A DNA stretch of 64,000 nt from an uncultured Candidatus Saccharibacteria bacterium. Lineage in GTDB: Bacteria; Patescibacteriota; Saccharimonadia; Saccharimonadales; Saccharimonadaceae. The stretch covers positions 21,628-85,627 of the forward strand of contig CAZXJP010000005.1 in NCBI GenBank assembly GCA_964641025.1. Direction: 5' to 3'. The translations under genes and the position numbers were made by a program. The notes below the pieces were generated by a model that saw nothing but the letters and a program-made list of their open reading frames with translations, did no database searches and had not been told where the DNA came from. Shown one piece after another: positions 25,500 through 34,592 of this stretch (positions are counted from its first letter, which is position 1; each line of letters starts with the position of its first letter).

Positions 25500-26320
25500 T
25501 TTTTCTCCATGGTGGCGAACTCTGGTGGGACGGCTGCGGTAAATAACTTTCGTATACCATCTGGAATCGTTATCTCTAGAGCGGCGGCATGGAGATATAG
25601 TCTATCTGCCTCTTTTCCATACACCCTGTCGCCATGAATTGGCGTGCCTATGTGTGCCATATGCACGCGTAGCTGGTGTGTACGACCAGTCAGGGGCTCT
25701 AGACTAACCAAATTATACTTATTGCCGGGTGCCATGATTTTATACAGGGTCTGCGCTTTTTTACCGTTGGCGTCTACGCGAAACTGGCTGGGCTTTTTTG
25801 GATTACGCCCTATCGGCATATCTATCATTGCTTCTTCGTTATCTGGCTTACCGTCTATGACTGCAACGTATTGTTTTTTTACTTTGCGATCACTGAACTG
25901 TTTTTGTAAAAGCCTAGCGGTCTCTTCATTTAGGGCGCCTATCATGATTCCGCTGGTATCTCGGTCTAGACGATGTACGATACCTGGGCGATTAGTATCT
26001 AGACCCCAGCTAGTAAATCTACGGAAGAAATCGGCGACGGTGAATTCATCGTTCATTGCGCCTTTGCTGTGTGACAAAACACCTACGGGTTTATTGATGA
26101 CAATGACATTATTGTCTTGATATATGACAGGTAAGCTTTCATCACTGTGGGATTTCACTTCAGGAAGCTTAATCGTGACCTCGTCATCTTCGGCCAGAAC
26201 CTTTTTGACACTCTTTTCTACCTCGCCATTCACGAATACATATCCAGCCTTTACTCGCTTTTGCCACGTCGCGCGTGATGTCTCGGGCCAGTATTCTGCC
26301 AGGTATGCGTCCAGTCTCAT
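25496..26320 (-). CDS. rluD: RluA/RluD-family 23S rRNA pseudouridine synthase
   Basis: S4-like N-terminus RLDAYLAEYW and catalytic HRLDRDTSG. Confidence 0.85.
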   Translation of the reverse strand: MRLDAYLAEYWPETSRATWQKRVKAGYVFVNGEVEKSVKKVLAEDDEVTIKLPEVKSHSDESLPVIYQDNNVIVINKPVGVLSHSKGAMNDEFTVADFFRRFTSWGLDTNRPGIVHRLDRDTSGIMIGALNEETARLLQKQFSDRKVKKQYVAVIDGKPDNEEAMIDMPIGRNPKKPSQFRVDANGKKAQTLYKIMAPGNKYNLVSLEPLTGRTHQLRVHMAHIGTPIHGDRVYGKEADRLYLHAAALEITIPDGIRKLFTAAVPPEFATMEKK

Positions 26321-27358
26321 CTAGGACTCCTTTGGTCGTAGTCCTACTGCCCTCTGCACCCTCAGTAGTGTTTGATTAGCTTGTTCGTTTGCAACTTCCT
26401 CGGAACGTTTGAACGCGCTATGAATAGCATCGTCACTGACGCTGGATAGCTTGGATTGAAAATCACTCAAGAATTGTTCCATTTCTTCCGCGACTACTTG
26501 CTTGAAGTCGCCGTATTTATCCATTCCCTTGTATGCCTGCTCGACATCATCAATAGGGTGCCCGCGTAATAGTGATAGTATCTGTAGTAGGTTACTAATA
26601 CCCGGTTGTTCAATTGGATTGTAGTTAACACTTGCTAGATCGTCAGTAGTTGCAGACATTATCTTTTTATGTGCGACTTCTGGATTGTCGGTCAGGAATA
26701 TCACGCCTTTGTCACTGTCGGCGGATTTGGACATCTTTTTGCTAGGATCAGCCAAGTCCATAATACGTAGACCCTGTCCTTTGCCAAAGAATTCGTGTTG
26801 TTTGGACACCTCGTGCGGTACAGTAAATAGATTATCGAATTTACTGTTCATGCGACCAGCGATGTCACGCGTGAATTCTAGGTGCTGTGTCTGGTCGTCG
26901 CCAATTGGCACGTAAGTAGCACCGTAGAGTAGGATATCGCAAGCCATTAATACCGGATAATTGAATAGTCCTACGCCTATTCTGTCACCTAGCTTTGATG
27001 ATTTGTCCTTGAATTGGGTCATTCGGCTCATCTCGCCCATAGACGTGAAACAATCTAGTATCCATGTTAGTTCGCTATGTGCTGGCACATAGCTCTGGCG
27101 ATATAGCAATATATCATGATTGTCCAGAGGCAAGCCAGATGCTACATACAGTCTGGCGTTATTCATAATATGACTTTGTAGCTGATTGTGGTCGATCTCG
27201 GTAGTAAAGCTATGAAGATCGGGGATGAACATATTGACCTGGTACTCGCCAGCGCGCTGCTTGGCGGTGTCGATAATAGGTAGCATAGCGCCAAAGTAGT
27301 TGCCTATATGTAGTTCATTATTGGCACGGAGGCCCGTCAGTATTACTGGTTTGCTCAT
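26321..27358 (-). CDS. trpS: tryptophan--tRNA ligase
   Basis: Class I motifs: LHIGNYFG (HIGH) and KMSKS. Confidence 0.9.
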   Translation of the reverse strand: MSKPVILTGLRANNELHIGNYFGAMLPIIDTAKQRAGEYQVNMFIPDLHSFTTEIDHNQLQSHIMNNARLYVASGLPLDNHDILLYRQSYVPAHSELTWILDCFTSMGEMSRMTQFKDKSSKLGDRIGVGLFNYPVLMACDILLYGATYVPIGDDQTQHLEFTRDIAGRMNSKFDNLFTVPHEVSKQHEFFGKGQGLRIMDLADPSKKMSKSADSDKGVIFLTDNPEVAHKKIMSATTDDLASVNYNPIEQPGISNLLQILSLLRGHPIDDVEQAYKGMDKYGDFKQVVAEEMEQFLSDFQSKLSSVSDDAIHSAFKRSEEVANEQANQTLLRVQRAVGLRPKES

Positions 27359-27366
27359 TTACTCTA

Positions 27367-28077
27367 TTATACCTTATACTTTTTGCGTTCTGTAGCCTTG
27401 AAGCCTAGATAATCATAACCTTGTTTTTGATAAGAGCTTTCACCGACAAGTATCGGGTAAAAACCAGGGTCTGAATATTCAAAATTACGCAGTTTCTCGA
27501 ACTGGCTGACAGTTACCTCATCGTTTTTTAATAAGTCTACTTCGTATATGTACTTGTCGATATGTGTTTTTTCACCGTCAATATACCTTTGGATATCGTC
27601 GCACAAGTTTTCTAAGGTTATATCCGCTATGTGTCTGTTGATTTCAACCGCGACAGAGTTTGCGCATACACCATTGAGGGCGGTTGACACTGTTTTCGGC
27701 TCCATAATAACCAAATGGCGTATGGTTGACGCCTTGATAAACCTCTCGTTGTCGGAGTTGATCGACGCCATTATGAGGCTTGGCGGTTGGTCGCAACTTG
27801 TTGTATGGAGGTCAAGTATTAGATCAAAATCGGATTCTTTAATATATTCGAGTATCTTACCTGCGCGACGCTCCTCGTAAGTATCTTTTTTACCGTTATA
27901 ACTTCGATTCATGTCGGATTCTATATATCGAACGTTTTTACGATGCGCTTTGAGGTTCGCGATTTTGAACTCTACATGCTTCATCAGTTTGGGACGATGG
28001 GCTTTAATATAGCGAATCAGCTTGTCGCCTAGTCGTTCGTCCCCGTGATGCGAGCCCAGTAGTAATATTTTGCTCAT
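27367..28077 (-). CDS. succinylglutamate desuccinylase / aspartoacylase (AstE/AspA) family Zn hydrolase
   Basis: Motifs ILLLGSHHGDERLG and ILDLHTTS. Confidence 0.55.
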   Translation of the reverse strand: MSKILLLGSHHGDERLGDKLIRYIKAHRPKLMKHVEFKIANLKAHRKNVRYIESDMNRSYNGKKDTYEERRAGKILEYIKESDFDLILDLHTTSCDQPPSLIMASINSDNERFIKASTIRHLVIMEPKTVSTALNGVCANSVAVEINRHIADITLENLCDDIQRYIDGEKTHIDKYIYEVDLLKNDEVTVSQFEKLRNFEYSDPGFYPILVGESSYQKQGYDYLGFKATERKKYKV

Positions 28078-28085
28078 TGATATCC

Positions 28086-28325
28086 TTATAGCTCCGATAT
28101 AGGCGCGCTATGTTTTGTTAGTTTACCTGTATATTTTCCTATATTCCTCTGCGCCATTGCAAGTGCCTCTTTATCACTCTCGCTAGGGCCTTTTGGCTTT
28201 TCTGCAGGCTCCGTATTTACGGATGCGCCTACAAATGCTGCCGCATACAGTGCGTCTATTCGTATCATCCCGTCGGGTACTGACGTCTCTCGTGTCGTAT
28301 CTATGGTCTCTGATAGTTGTTCCAT
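28086..28325 (-). CDS. small hypothetical protein (79 aa)
   Basis: AGAGGAG Shine-Dalgarno about 9 nt before the ATG. No motif recognised. Confidence 0.35.
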   Translation of the reverse strand: MEQLSETIDTTRETSVPDGMIRIDALYAAAFVGASVNTEPAEKPKGPSESDKEALAMAQRNIGKYTGKLTKHSAPISEL

Positions 28326-28349
28326 TATATTGTCTCCTCTAATCTTATT

Positions 28350-28370
28350 AAAAAACCGCCTTCTGGCGGT
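28350..28370 (-). terminator. rho-independent terminator (also the candidate attenuator stem)
   Basis: On the minus strand: ACCGCC-AGAA-GGCGGT followed by TTTTTT. Confidence 0.6.
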
Positions 28371-28490
28371 CTATTCGATGCTTTCTAGGTTTCGTTACAA
28401 AACACGGAGCAAACCGCCAGAATTACTGTCGGTAAACCAATATGCTCGTGATACTGCAACTTGACTCATTGGCATTAATATATCACGGGA

Positions 28491-29144
28491 TTAGTGTTCT
28501 GGCAACCGAGCCCGTTTTGCAAGTTCCGGGTTTAATTTATCGTCCAGTACTGCGTTCGTAAGCATCGAAACTGTATCCTCAACGTTATCTAAGTGCGGAG
28601 ATATAGTGAGATCAATCGCGGACATCATGATTGCCATGTTTTCTGTGCTCATCTCTTTTATCTTCCTGCCCTCTATGTGTGTCATCCTAATCTCTGACTT
28701 TACGCCTCCGTCGTACGTAGCCTCGAACTTGGCAGATCTTGCGTTCTGCGTTCCATATTTATGAGTAAATTCGCTACCAAAATATTCGGAGTCGGGGGCG
28801 TAGTCTATTATCCCATGGCCACAATCCACAAAAGGTCTCGCCGAATATACGCCAGCTTTACGGTCTCTCTCAACCCTGACGTTGGTTCTGTATGTAACGT
28901 TATCGGCTTTTTCTTCCGCTACGCATATTTCGAACTTGTCCTCTGGCCAACGATTACCACGATTTAACATCATAAAGAGCATGACATATGATTTTAAACA
29001 CGCCTCCCAACGGGAGGCGACTAGTTCTTTTTTGGTTTCGTATGATTGCTTGACTTCATCGGGGGTCATTTCATGGAATTCAGAGCTGATGCGACGCGCA
29101 TCATAAATGTGTCTAGTACGCTTGTCTATCGAGCCCAGATCCAT
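28491..29144 (-). CDS. hypothetical protein
   Basis: 217-aa ORF. Weak resemblance to the upstream 200-aa ORF. Confidence 0.45.
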   Translation of the reverse strand: MDLGSIDKRTRHIYDARRISSEFHEMTPDEVKQSYETKKELVASRWEACLKSYVMLFMMLNRGNRWPEDKFEICVAEEKADNVTYRTNVRVERDRKAGVYSARPFVDCGHGIIDYAPDSEYFGSEFTHKYGTQNARSAKFEATYDGGVKSEIRMTHIEGRKIKEMSTENMAIMMSAIDLTISPHLDNVEDTVSMLTNAVLDDKLNPELAKRARLPEH

Positions 29145-29202
29145 ATATTCTCAACCCACCGTTTATAGTGTTAATATATCACGAAATCGCTAATGTATAT
29201 AG

Positions 29203-29805
29203 TTAGTTTGTAGATTCTGTTTCAATCTGATGAATTGATTGCCATAGCTGAGCCAGTCGCGCCTCTGTAACTTCCATAGTGGGCAGTATATCCAACGACA
29301 ACGCTTTTATCAGAATTCCGTTTTCATCCTTTGGCCTCGGTGACACTTCGCCATCATCGTCTTGGGTATCGTCTAGTTCGGATTGCCTGGACAAGCGTAT
29401 CTCGACCTTATTCTCATTGTTTGTACCAAAATAATACGTGTACGTGCCGCCCAAACGATTGAGCCCCTCGGGCGTTGATGTCCGTCCATTTTCTCGTTTA
29501 ACATACGATGAATAGTACATACTATCAGAGGTTCGTTGAATACGCATTAGTTCCTCTGGATCACCGATGTCCGGGTCGTTTATAGGTATATCGAATGACA
29601 GTAGTTCGTTAACATTATATAAATTCAACCTGTCAAAAATCGCACGAAAGCTGTTATCTAGTCGTTCGTACTTATCGCTGGCCGAGTTCTTTAGCTCTGT
29701 AGCCCATGCTTCGATTTCGTCAGCATCCAGATCGCGAAGTAATCCGTCAATTTCCTTGATGGAATAGTCAGTATTCTCTTGTTCGCGGTATCCTTCGTGC
29801 TCCAT
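29203..29805 (-). CDS. hypothetical acidic protein
   Basis: 200-aa ORF. No motif recognised. Confidence 0.45.
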   Translation of the reverse strand: MEHEGYREQENTDYSIKEIDGLLRDLDADEIEAWATELKNSASDKYERLDNSFRAIFDRLNLYNVNELLSFDIPINDPDIGDPEELMRIQRTSDSMYYSSYVKRENGRTSTPEGLNRLGGTYTYYFGTNNENKVEIRLSRQSELDDTQDDDGEVSPRPKDENGILIKALSLDILPTMEVTEARLAQLWQSIHQIETESTN

Positions 29806-29846
29806 AGTGTGTTTTCCACTGTAACATAATTCGTTAAATCAAAAAA

Positions 29847-29897
29847 TCATATGGATTATCACATGGTTTTCCATATGGTTTTCCATATGGATTTTTT
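29847..29897. repeat. four tandem 12-nt units YCAYATGGWTTW
   Basis: Units are TCATATGGATTA, TCACATGGTTTT, CCATATGGTTTT and CCATATGGATTT. They lie between the rpsI terminator and the 29805 start. Confidence 0.85.
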
Positions 29898-29908
29898 ACA
29901 GAGCCATA

Positions 29909-29931
29909 CAAAAACAGCCCCGTAGGGCTGT
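29909..29931 (-). terminator. rho-independent terminator after rpsI
   Basis: ACAGCCC-TACG-GGGCTGT followed by TTTTTG on the minus strand. Confidence 0.65.
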
Positions 29932-29937
29932 AGTTGA

Positions 29938-30342
29938 TTAACGCTTTGAATATTGTTCGCGTTTACGCGCTGAGCGCAGGCCGTATTTCTTTCGTTCCTT
30001 TTCGCGAGGATCGCGTCGTAGGAATTCAGCCTTTTTCAGTGTACTTCGCAGATCTGCATTATCTACAGTAATCGCCTTGCTGATAGCTAGCTTCATCGCA
30101 TCTACCTGACCTGAGGTACCGCCACCTGATACAAGGATAGTGATATCGTAGTCTTTTTGTTTGCCTACGAGTGCTAGTGGGTCTGTTAGCTCTGCCAACA
30201 TAGTCTTGTTGCCATCTAGATATTCCTCTGCGGGCTTTTCATTGATGGTAATAGTTCCTTTTCCGGCATATAGACGCGCACGCGCGGTAGCGCTTTTGCG
30301 TCGACCTAGACCATAGAAATATTTTTTCGTTGCTGTAGTCAT
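29938..30342 (-). CDS. rpsI: 30S ribosomal protein S9
   Basis: YGLGRRKSATARARL near the N-terminus and C-terminal GLRSARKREQYSKR. Confidence 0.95.
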   Translation of the reverse strand: MTTATKKYFYGLGRRKSATARARLYAGKGTITINEKPAEEYLDGNKTMLAELTDPLALVGKQKDYDITILVSGGGTSGQVDAMKLAISKAITVDNADLRSTLKKAEFLRRDPREKERKKYGLRSARKREQYSKR

Positions 30343-30343
30343 G

Positions 30344-30793
30344 TTATTTCACCTCAACTTTCTCGGGAGATTGTGCCGCGTGGTTGTGTTCCGCGCCTAC
30401 GAATACTTTTAGTCGCTTCATTCGGTCGTCAGATAGCTTGTTTTTTGGTAGCATGCCTTTGACGGCGCTCTCGATTATGCGTTCTGGGAATTTTTCGCGA
30501 ACTTCGGCTAGCGTAGCATCCTTGATACCGCCGGGGAATCCGGTGTGTCGATAATATACCTTGCCGGTCTCTTTGTTACCGGTTACTACCACCTTTTCAG
30601 CGTTTACGACTACAACGTAGTCACCGCCGTCAACATGTGGGGTATATGTCGGTTTGTATTTACCGATTAGGTATTTAGCAATGTCATTCGCTACTCGTCC
30701 TAGTGGCGCGCTAGACGCGTCAATCAAGACCCAACGGCGTGATACGTCGGCTGGTTTTTGTACGAATGTCTTTGGTTGTGCTAGTTTCTTCAT
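30344..30793 (-). CDS. rplM: 50S ribosomal protein L13
   Basis: RWVLIDASSAPLGRVANDIAKYL ... YYRHTGFPGG. Confidence 0.95.
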   Translation of the reverse strand: MKKLAQPKTFVQKPADVSRRWVLIDASSAPLGRVANDIAKYLIGKYKPTYTPHVDGGDYVVVVNAEKVVVTGNKETGKVYYRHTGFPGGIKDATLAEVREKFPERIIESAVKGMLPKNKLSDDRMKRLKVFVGAEHNHAAQSPEKVEVK

Positions 30794-31257
30794 GCTTTTG
30801 CTCCTGCTGTCTCTTTAGCAGTCTTTTTCGCTGGGGCTTTCTTTGCTTCTGGCTTTTTGGTAACAGGTTTCTTTACTGTCGTTTTTTCTACGTCTTTGAT
30901 CTCGTCTACAAAACCTATAGTAGCCATCTGTGTGTTGTCACCGACTCGGAAATCGGTTCGCGTAATACGGGTGTAGCCGCTGTTACGACCTTCTAGTTGT
31001 GGCGCGATGACGTCTACTAGACGAAATGCCGCGTCTTGCGTAGAAAGTCCAGCTATAACGTGACGCCTATTAGCCAGGTCGCCCTTTTTAGCTTTTGTTA
31101 TTAGCTTTTCGATGTATGGTCGCAGCTCTTTAGCCTTGGCGTGAGTAGTCTCGATCTCGCCGTGTTCAACCAGACTAGTAGCAAGTCCCTTGATAAGGGC
31201 TTTGCGCTGATCTCGTTCTCGGCCTAGCTTGCGGCCCTGGTATCCGTGGCGATGCAT
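30790..31257 (-). CDS. rplQ: 50S ribosomal protein L17 (Lys/Ala-rich C-terminal tail)
   Basis: MHRHGYQGRKLGRERDQRKAL ... GYTRI. Confidence 0.95.
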   Translation of the reverse strand: MHRHGYQGRKLGRERDQRKALIKGLATSLVEHGEIETTHAKAKELRPYIEKLITKAKKGDLANRRHVIAGLSTQDAAFRLVDVIAPQLEGRNSGYTRITRTDFRVGDNTQMATIGFVDEIKDVEKTTVKKPVTKKPEAKKAPAKKTAKETAGAKA

Positions 31258-31260
31258 TTT

Positions 31261-32184
31261 CTAAAGCTCCAACTCCGCTAGTTTTTCGCGAACTTCGTCA
31301 AGTGCTTTGCTTCCAAAGCCTTTTAGTTCACGTAGATCTTGTTCGCTCAGCGTAACTAGATCATGTACTGTACGGATATCATTATTTACTAGTGCGTTTG
31401 CAGTACGAGCAGTCAAGTTCAATTCTTCAATTGGGGTGTTCAGCTCGCTTGCTTCTTCTTCGTCTTCGCTACCCAGTGCAGGCGCTGCCTCCACCGTAGT
31501 GCTTCCTGCCAGGGCAGTATATTGGTTTACAAGGATTGCGTTTGCTTCTTCGAATGCTTCACGAGGACTCATAGTTCCATCGGTATCTACTGTCAGCAAT
31601 AGCTTGTCCAGATTTGTTTCCTGGCCGACACGAGTTGGTTCAACTTTGTATCGAACACGGAGTACGGGGCTGAATACCGCGTCTAGAGCGATCATATCGC
31701 TGTGAAGCCGTTTTACGGAGCTTTCTTCGATAGTTCGGTAGCCACGTCCAGATTCAGCTACTAGATCCATTAGTACCGATTTCTTTGGATCGTCGATAGT
31801 AGCGATTACTTGGTCTGGATTTACGATTTCTACGTCGGCAGAAGCCTTGATATCGGCAGCCGTTACAGTACCGGCACCCTTCTTTTCTAGTCGTAGTTCT
31901 ACTGGTTCATCAGTATGCACCTTCAAACGAACGTTTTTGAGGTTTAGCATGATGTCTACGACATCTTCTTTTACACCCGGAACGGTCGTAAACTCATGAG
32001 TAGCGCCTTCGATACGAAATGCAACGATTGCTCCACCCCTAATGCTAGAAAGCAATACACGGCGAAGGCTGTTGCCTAGCGTGTTTCCGTAACCAGCGTG
32101 CAAAGGCTCTATGACAAACTCAACACTTGTAGCATTGTTTTCGTTCATGCCGGCAAGTAGTGGGTTGTGTATGACTTTTGACAT
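31261..32184 (-). CDS. rpoA: DNA-directed RNA polymerase alpha subunit
   Basis: GYGNTLGNSLRRVLLSS plus a C-terminal domain NLTARTANAL. Confidence 0.95.
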   Translation of the reverse strand: MSKVIHNPLLAGMNENNATSVEFVIEPLHAGYGNTLGNSLRRVLLSSIRGGAIVAFRIEGATHEFTTVPGVKEDVVDIMLNLKNVRLKVHTDEPVELRLEKKGAGTVTAADIKASADVEIVNPDQVIATIDDPKKSVLMDLVAESGRGYRTIEESSVKRLHSDMIALDAVFSPVLRVRYKVEPTRVGQETNLDKLLLTVDTDGTMSPREAFEEANAILVNQYTALAGSTTVEAAPALGSEDEEEASELNTPIEELNLTARTANALVNNDIRTVHDLVTLSEQDLRELKGFGSKALDEVREKLAELEL

Positions 32185-32201
32185 TTGCTTTAGCTCCTTG
32201 T

Positions 32202-32819
32202 TTAGCGCGAGTAATACTCGACAATTAGTTGTTCGTTTATATCCGGCTCGGCTTCCTCGCGTTTCGGAAGTCCGGTGATATCAATCTTGAATTTTTTGAC
32301 GTCTGCCTTCAGCCAGCTCAGAGGTTGTTGGAAAGAGTTATTTACTACGTCGTCAATGTTACTGAAATATGCTGTTTTTGCGCTTCGGGCGCGTACTTCT
32401 ATTTTGTCGCCGGCCTTTACTCGGATAGACGGGATGTCTACTCGACGTCCGTTTAGGGTAAAGTGGCCATGACTGACTAGTTGTCGTGCTGCGCGTCGGC
32501 TAGTCGCTAGTCCAGATCGATAGATTACGTTGTCTATTCGTAGTTCTAGTAACTGTAGTAGGTTTTCACCTGCTAGACCAGGTCGACGAGACGCCTCGTT
32601 CATCAACTTCGCGAATTGCTTTTCCATCAGACCGTACGTGCGGCGTACTTTTTGCTTTTCTCGCAGTTGAGTAAGGTATAGACTAGGTTTTCCTCGGCGA
32701 CCGTGTGCATGTTGACCCGGTATACCAGTCTTTTTAACCATAATCTTGTGTGCCTTTGGATGTAGCGCGTAACCTTCGCGGCGAGACTGTTTAACGATTG
32801 GTGATGTATCTCGTGCCAT
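32202..32819 (-). CDS. rpsD: 30S ribosomal protein S4
   Basis: SLYLTQLREKQKVRRTYG plus an S4 RNA-binding domain. Confidence 0.95.
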   Translation of the reverse strand: MARDTSPIVKQSRREGYALHPKAHKIMVKKTGIPGQHAHGRRGKPSLYLTQLREKQKVRRTYGLMEKQFAKLMNEASRRPGLAGENLLQLLELRIDNVIYRSGLATSRRAARQLVSHGHFTLNGRRVDIPSIRVKAGDKIEVRARSAKTAYFSNIDDVVNNSFQQPLSWLKADVKKFKIDITGLPKREEAEPDINEQLIVEYYSR

Positions 32820-32821
32820 AT

Positions 32822-33283
32822 CTATGCTCTCCTCGCTCGTTTAGGTCGAACGCCACCGTGTGGTACGCCCGTTACGTCCGTTATGCTTTCGACGATCATG
32901 CCATAGTTACTAACGGCACGGACGGCAGAATCTCGTCCAAGGCCAACGCCTTTTACGAATACTTCTACGTTTTTCATGCCATATTGAGTACTGGCTGCCT
33001 CGGCTGCTTTTTCCGCGGCGATTTGCGCGGCGTAAGCTGTGCCTTTTTTGCTTCCACGGAAACCGCAAGCACCTGCGCTGCTAGCAGTGACTACGTTACC
33101 TTTGTTGTCTGAAAAGCTAACTATAGTGTTATTAAATGTTGCCTGAACATGCATCTGTCCCGATGGTACTGATCGTTTTTGCTTCTTTTTCTTTGGAGCG
33201 GCGACGGTCTTTACTGCATCTGTTTGTTCAGGTGCTTTGTCTTCTGTAGTAGTGGGTTTAGTTTCTTCTGTCATATCTACCAT
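32822..33283 (-). CDS. rpsK: 30S ribosomal protein S11 (N-terminal extension)
   Basis: HVQATFNNTIVSFSD..GNVV..SSAG..GFRGSKK. Confidence 0.95.
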   Translation of the reverse strand: MVDMTEETKPTTTEDKAPEQTDAVKTVAAPKKKKQKRSVPSGQMHVQATFNNTIVSFSDNKGNVVTASSAGACGFRGSKKGTAYAAQIAAEKAAEAASTQYGMKNVEVFVKGVGLGRDSAVRAVSNYGMIVESITDVTGVPHGGVRPKRARRA

Positions 33284-33288
33284 TTATC

Positions 33289-33675
33289 CTACGTCTTTGA
33301 CGCTGCCTTTGGTTGTGCGCCGCCTACTGCAACTGCGCGACCCTTACGTGTGCGTGCGTTCGTGCGAGTTCGTTGACCACGGGTAGGCAAACCTGCCTTG
33401 TGTCGTAGTCCTCGGTATGCACCGATATCACGCAATCGTTTAATATTGTTCGCTACCAGACGCTGACTGTCACCTTCTACGGTGTATCCTTGATCTATAA
33501 TTTCACGAATACGTTGTTCCTCAGCCTCGGTGAGGTCTTTCACCCGAGTGGTCGGCTCTACATTAGCCGCCGCAAGGATGTCTCGAGAGTACTTTCGTCC
33601 AATGCCGTATATATACGTCAAGGCGATGTGTACCTGTTTTTCTGCTGGGATTACAACCCCTGCAATTCGAGCCAT
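33289..33675 (-). CDS. rpsM: 30S ribosomal protein S13
   Basis: [26 protein letters not shown]. Confidence 0.95.
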   Translation of the reverse strand: MARIAGVVIPAEKQVHIALTYIYGIGRKYSRDILAAANVEPTTRVKDLTEAEEQRIREIIDQGYTVEGDSQRLVANNIKRLRDIGAYRGLRHKAGLPTRGQRTRTNARTRKGRAVAVGGAQPKAASKT

Positions 33676-33677
33676 GC

Positions 33678-33794
33678 TTAACCCTGCCTTTGCTTATTCT
33701 TAGGTTTCTTCTTGTTGATGACGCGAAGACGGCCCTTGCGTCGGACCAATTGATCATCTGGACTAATCTTTTTTACGCTCGCACGTACCTTCAT
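33678..33794 (-). CDS. rpmJ: 50S ribosomal protein L36
   Basis: Not in the ORF track (38 aa). Hand translation gives [38 protein letters not shown]. Confidence 0.85.
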   Translation of the reverse strand: MKVRASVKKISPDDQLVRRKGRLRVINKKKPKNKQRQG

Positions 33795-33827
33795 GTCTTT
33801 AACAGAAGCTCCTAATTAATTTATTAT

Positions 33828-34079
33828 TTATCGGACTTGAGCCGGGTTTGGCCGTTCGTCCTTCAAGCGAAAGCTGATTCTGCCCTTTGTAAGATCGTAG
33901 GGGGTTAACTCAACTTCCACTTTGTCGCCCGGTACCAATCGGATATAGTGCTTTCGCATCTTGCCCGATATGTGGCACAGAACCGTATGGCCATTCTCCA
34001 ATTCGACACGAAACTGTGTGTTCGGCAATGCCTCCACAACCTTACCGACCAGTTTGATGACTTCTTTTTGACTCGCCAT
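33828..34079 (-). CDS. infA: translation initiation factor IF-1
   Basis: [36 protein letters not shown]. Start taken at ATG 34079. Confidence 0.9.
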   Translation of the reverse strand: MASQKEVIKLVGKVVEALPNTQFRVELENGHTVLCHISGKMRKHYIRLVPGDKVEVELTPYDLTKGRISFRLKDERPNPAQVR

Positions 34080-34198
34080 AGTTAACAAGAGACCATTATA
34101 CACAAAAAATCACAGTAAGTAAAGTGTTTCTAGCAAAGATTTTCGCGTTTTTACCGCGAACCCTCTAAATGTACCTTTATTGTAGCAAATCCAGTTCG

Positions 34199-34546
34199 CT
34201 AGTCAAGATGGTTATGACGATCTGTATCAGGGGCAACACTATCCAGATCAGGCCCATATTCAGGAAAAGCTTTATTGTACTTGCCTGGCATTACGTTTTC
34301 GGGTTTCCTGCTGATTATAGTCACCTCGTCGTCGTGTCTGTCGAATATTAACGCGTTTAGCTTGATCAAGTTGTACAGAGCATTGTTTACACGTGTGTAG
34401 GGTTCTTCGATATCCTCGGCTAGCTCGGTTAGTAAAAATTCATAGCCGTCAGCAGGCAGATAATCATCAATAAGTTGTTTTAAAAAGATCTGTGATTCTG
34501 GGTTGGGCCCTGTATCCCACTGCTCAACGTCTATTGTTTCTGACAT
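34199..34546 (-). CDS. small acidic hypothetical protein (possible winged-helix)
   Basis: 115-aa ORF. The segment ELAEDIEEPYTRVNNALYNLIKLNALIFDR is wHTH-like by eye only. Confidence 0.35.
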   Translation of the reverse strand: MSETIDVEQWDTGPNPESQIFLKQLIDDYLPADGYEFLLTELAEDIEEPYTRVNNALYNLIKLNALIFDRHDDEVTIISRKPENVMPGKYNKAFPEYGPDLDSVAPDTDRHNHLD

Positions 34547-34592
34547 GTTTACACCCTAGCACCTTTGTGTCGGCAGTACAAATTCAGCATGC

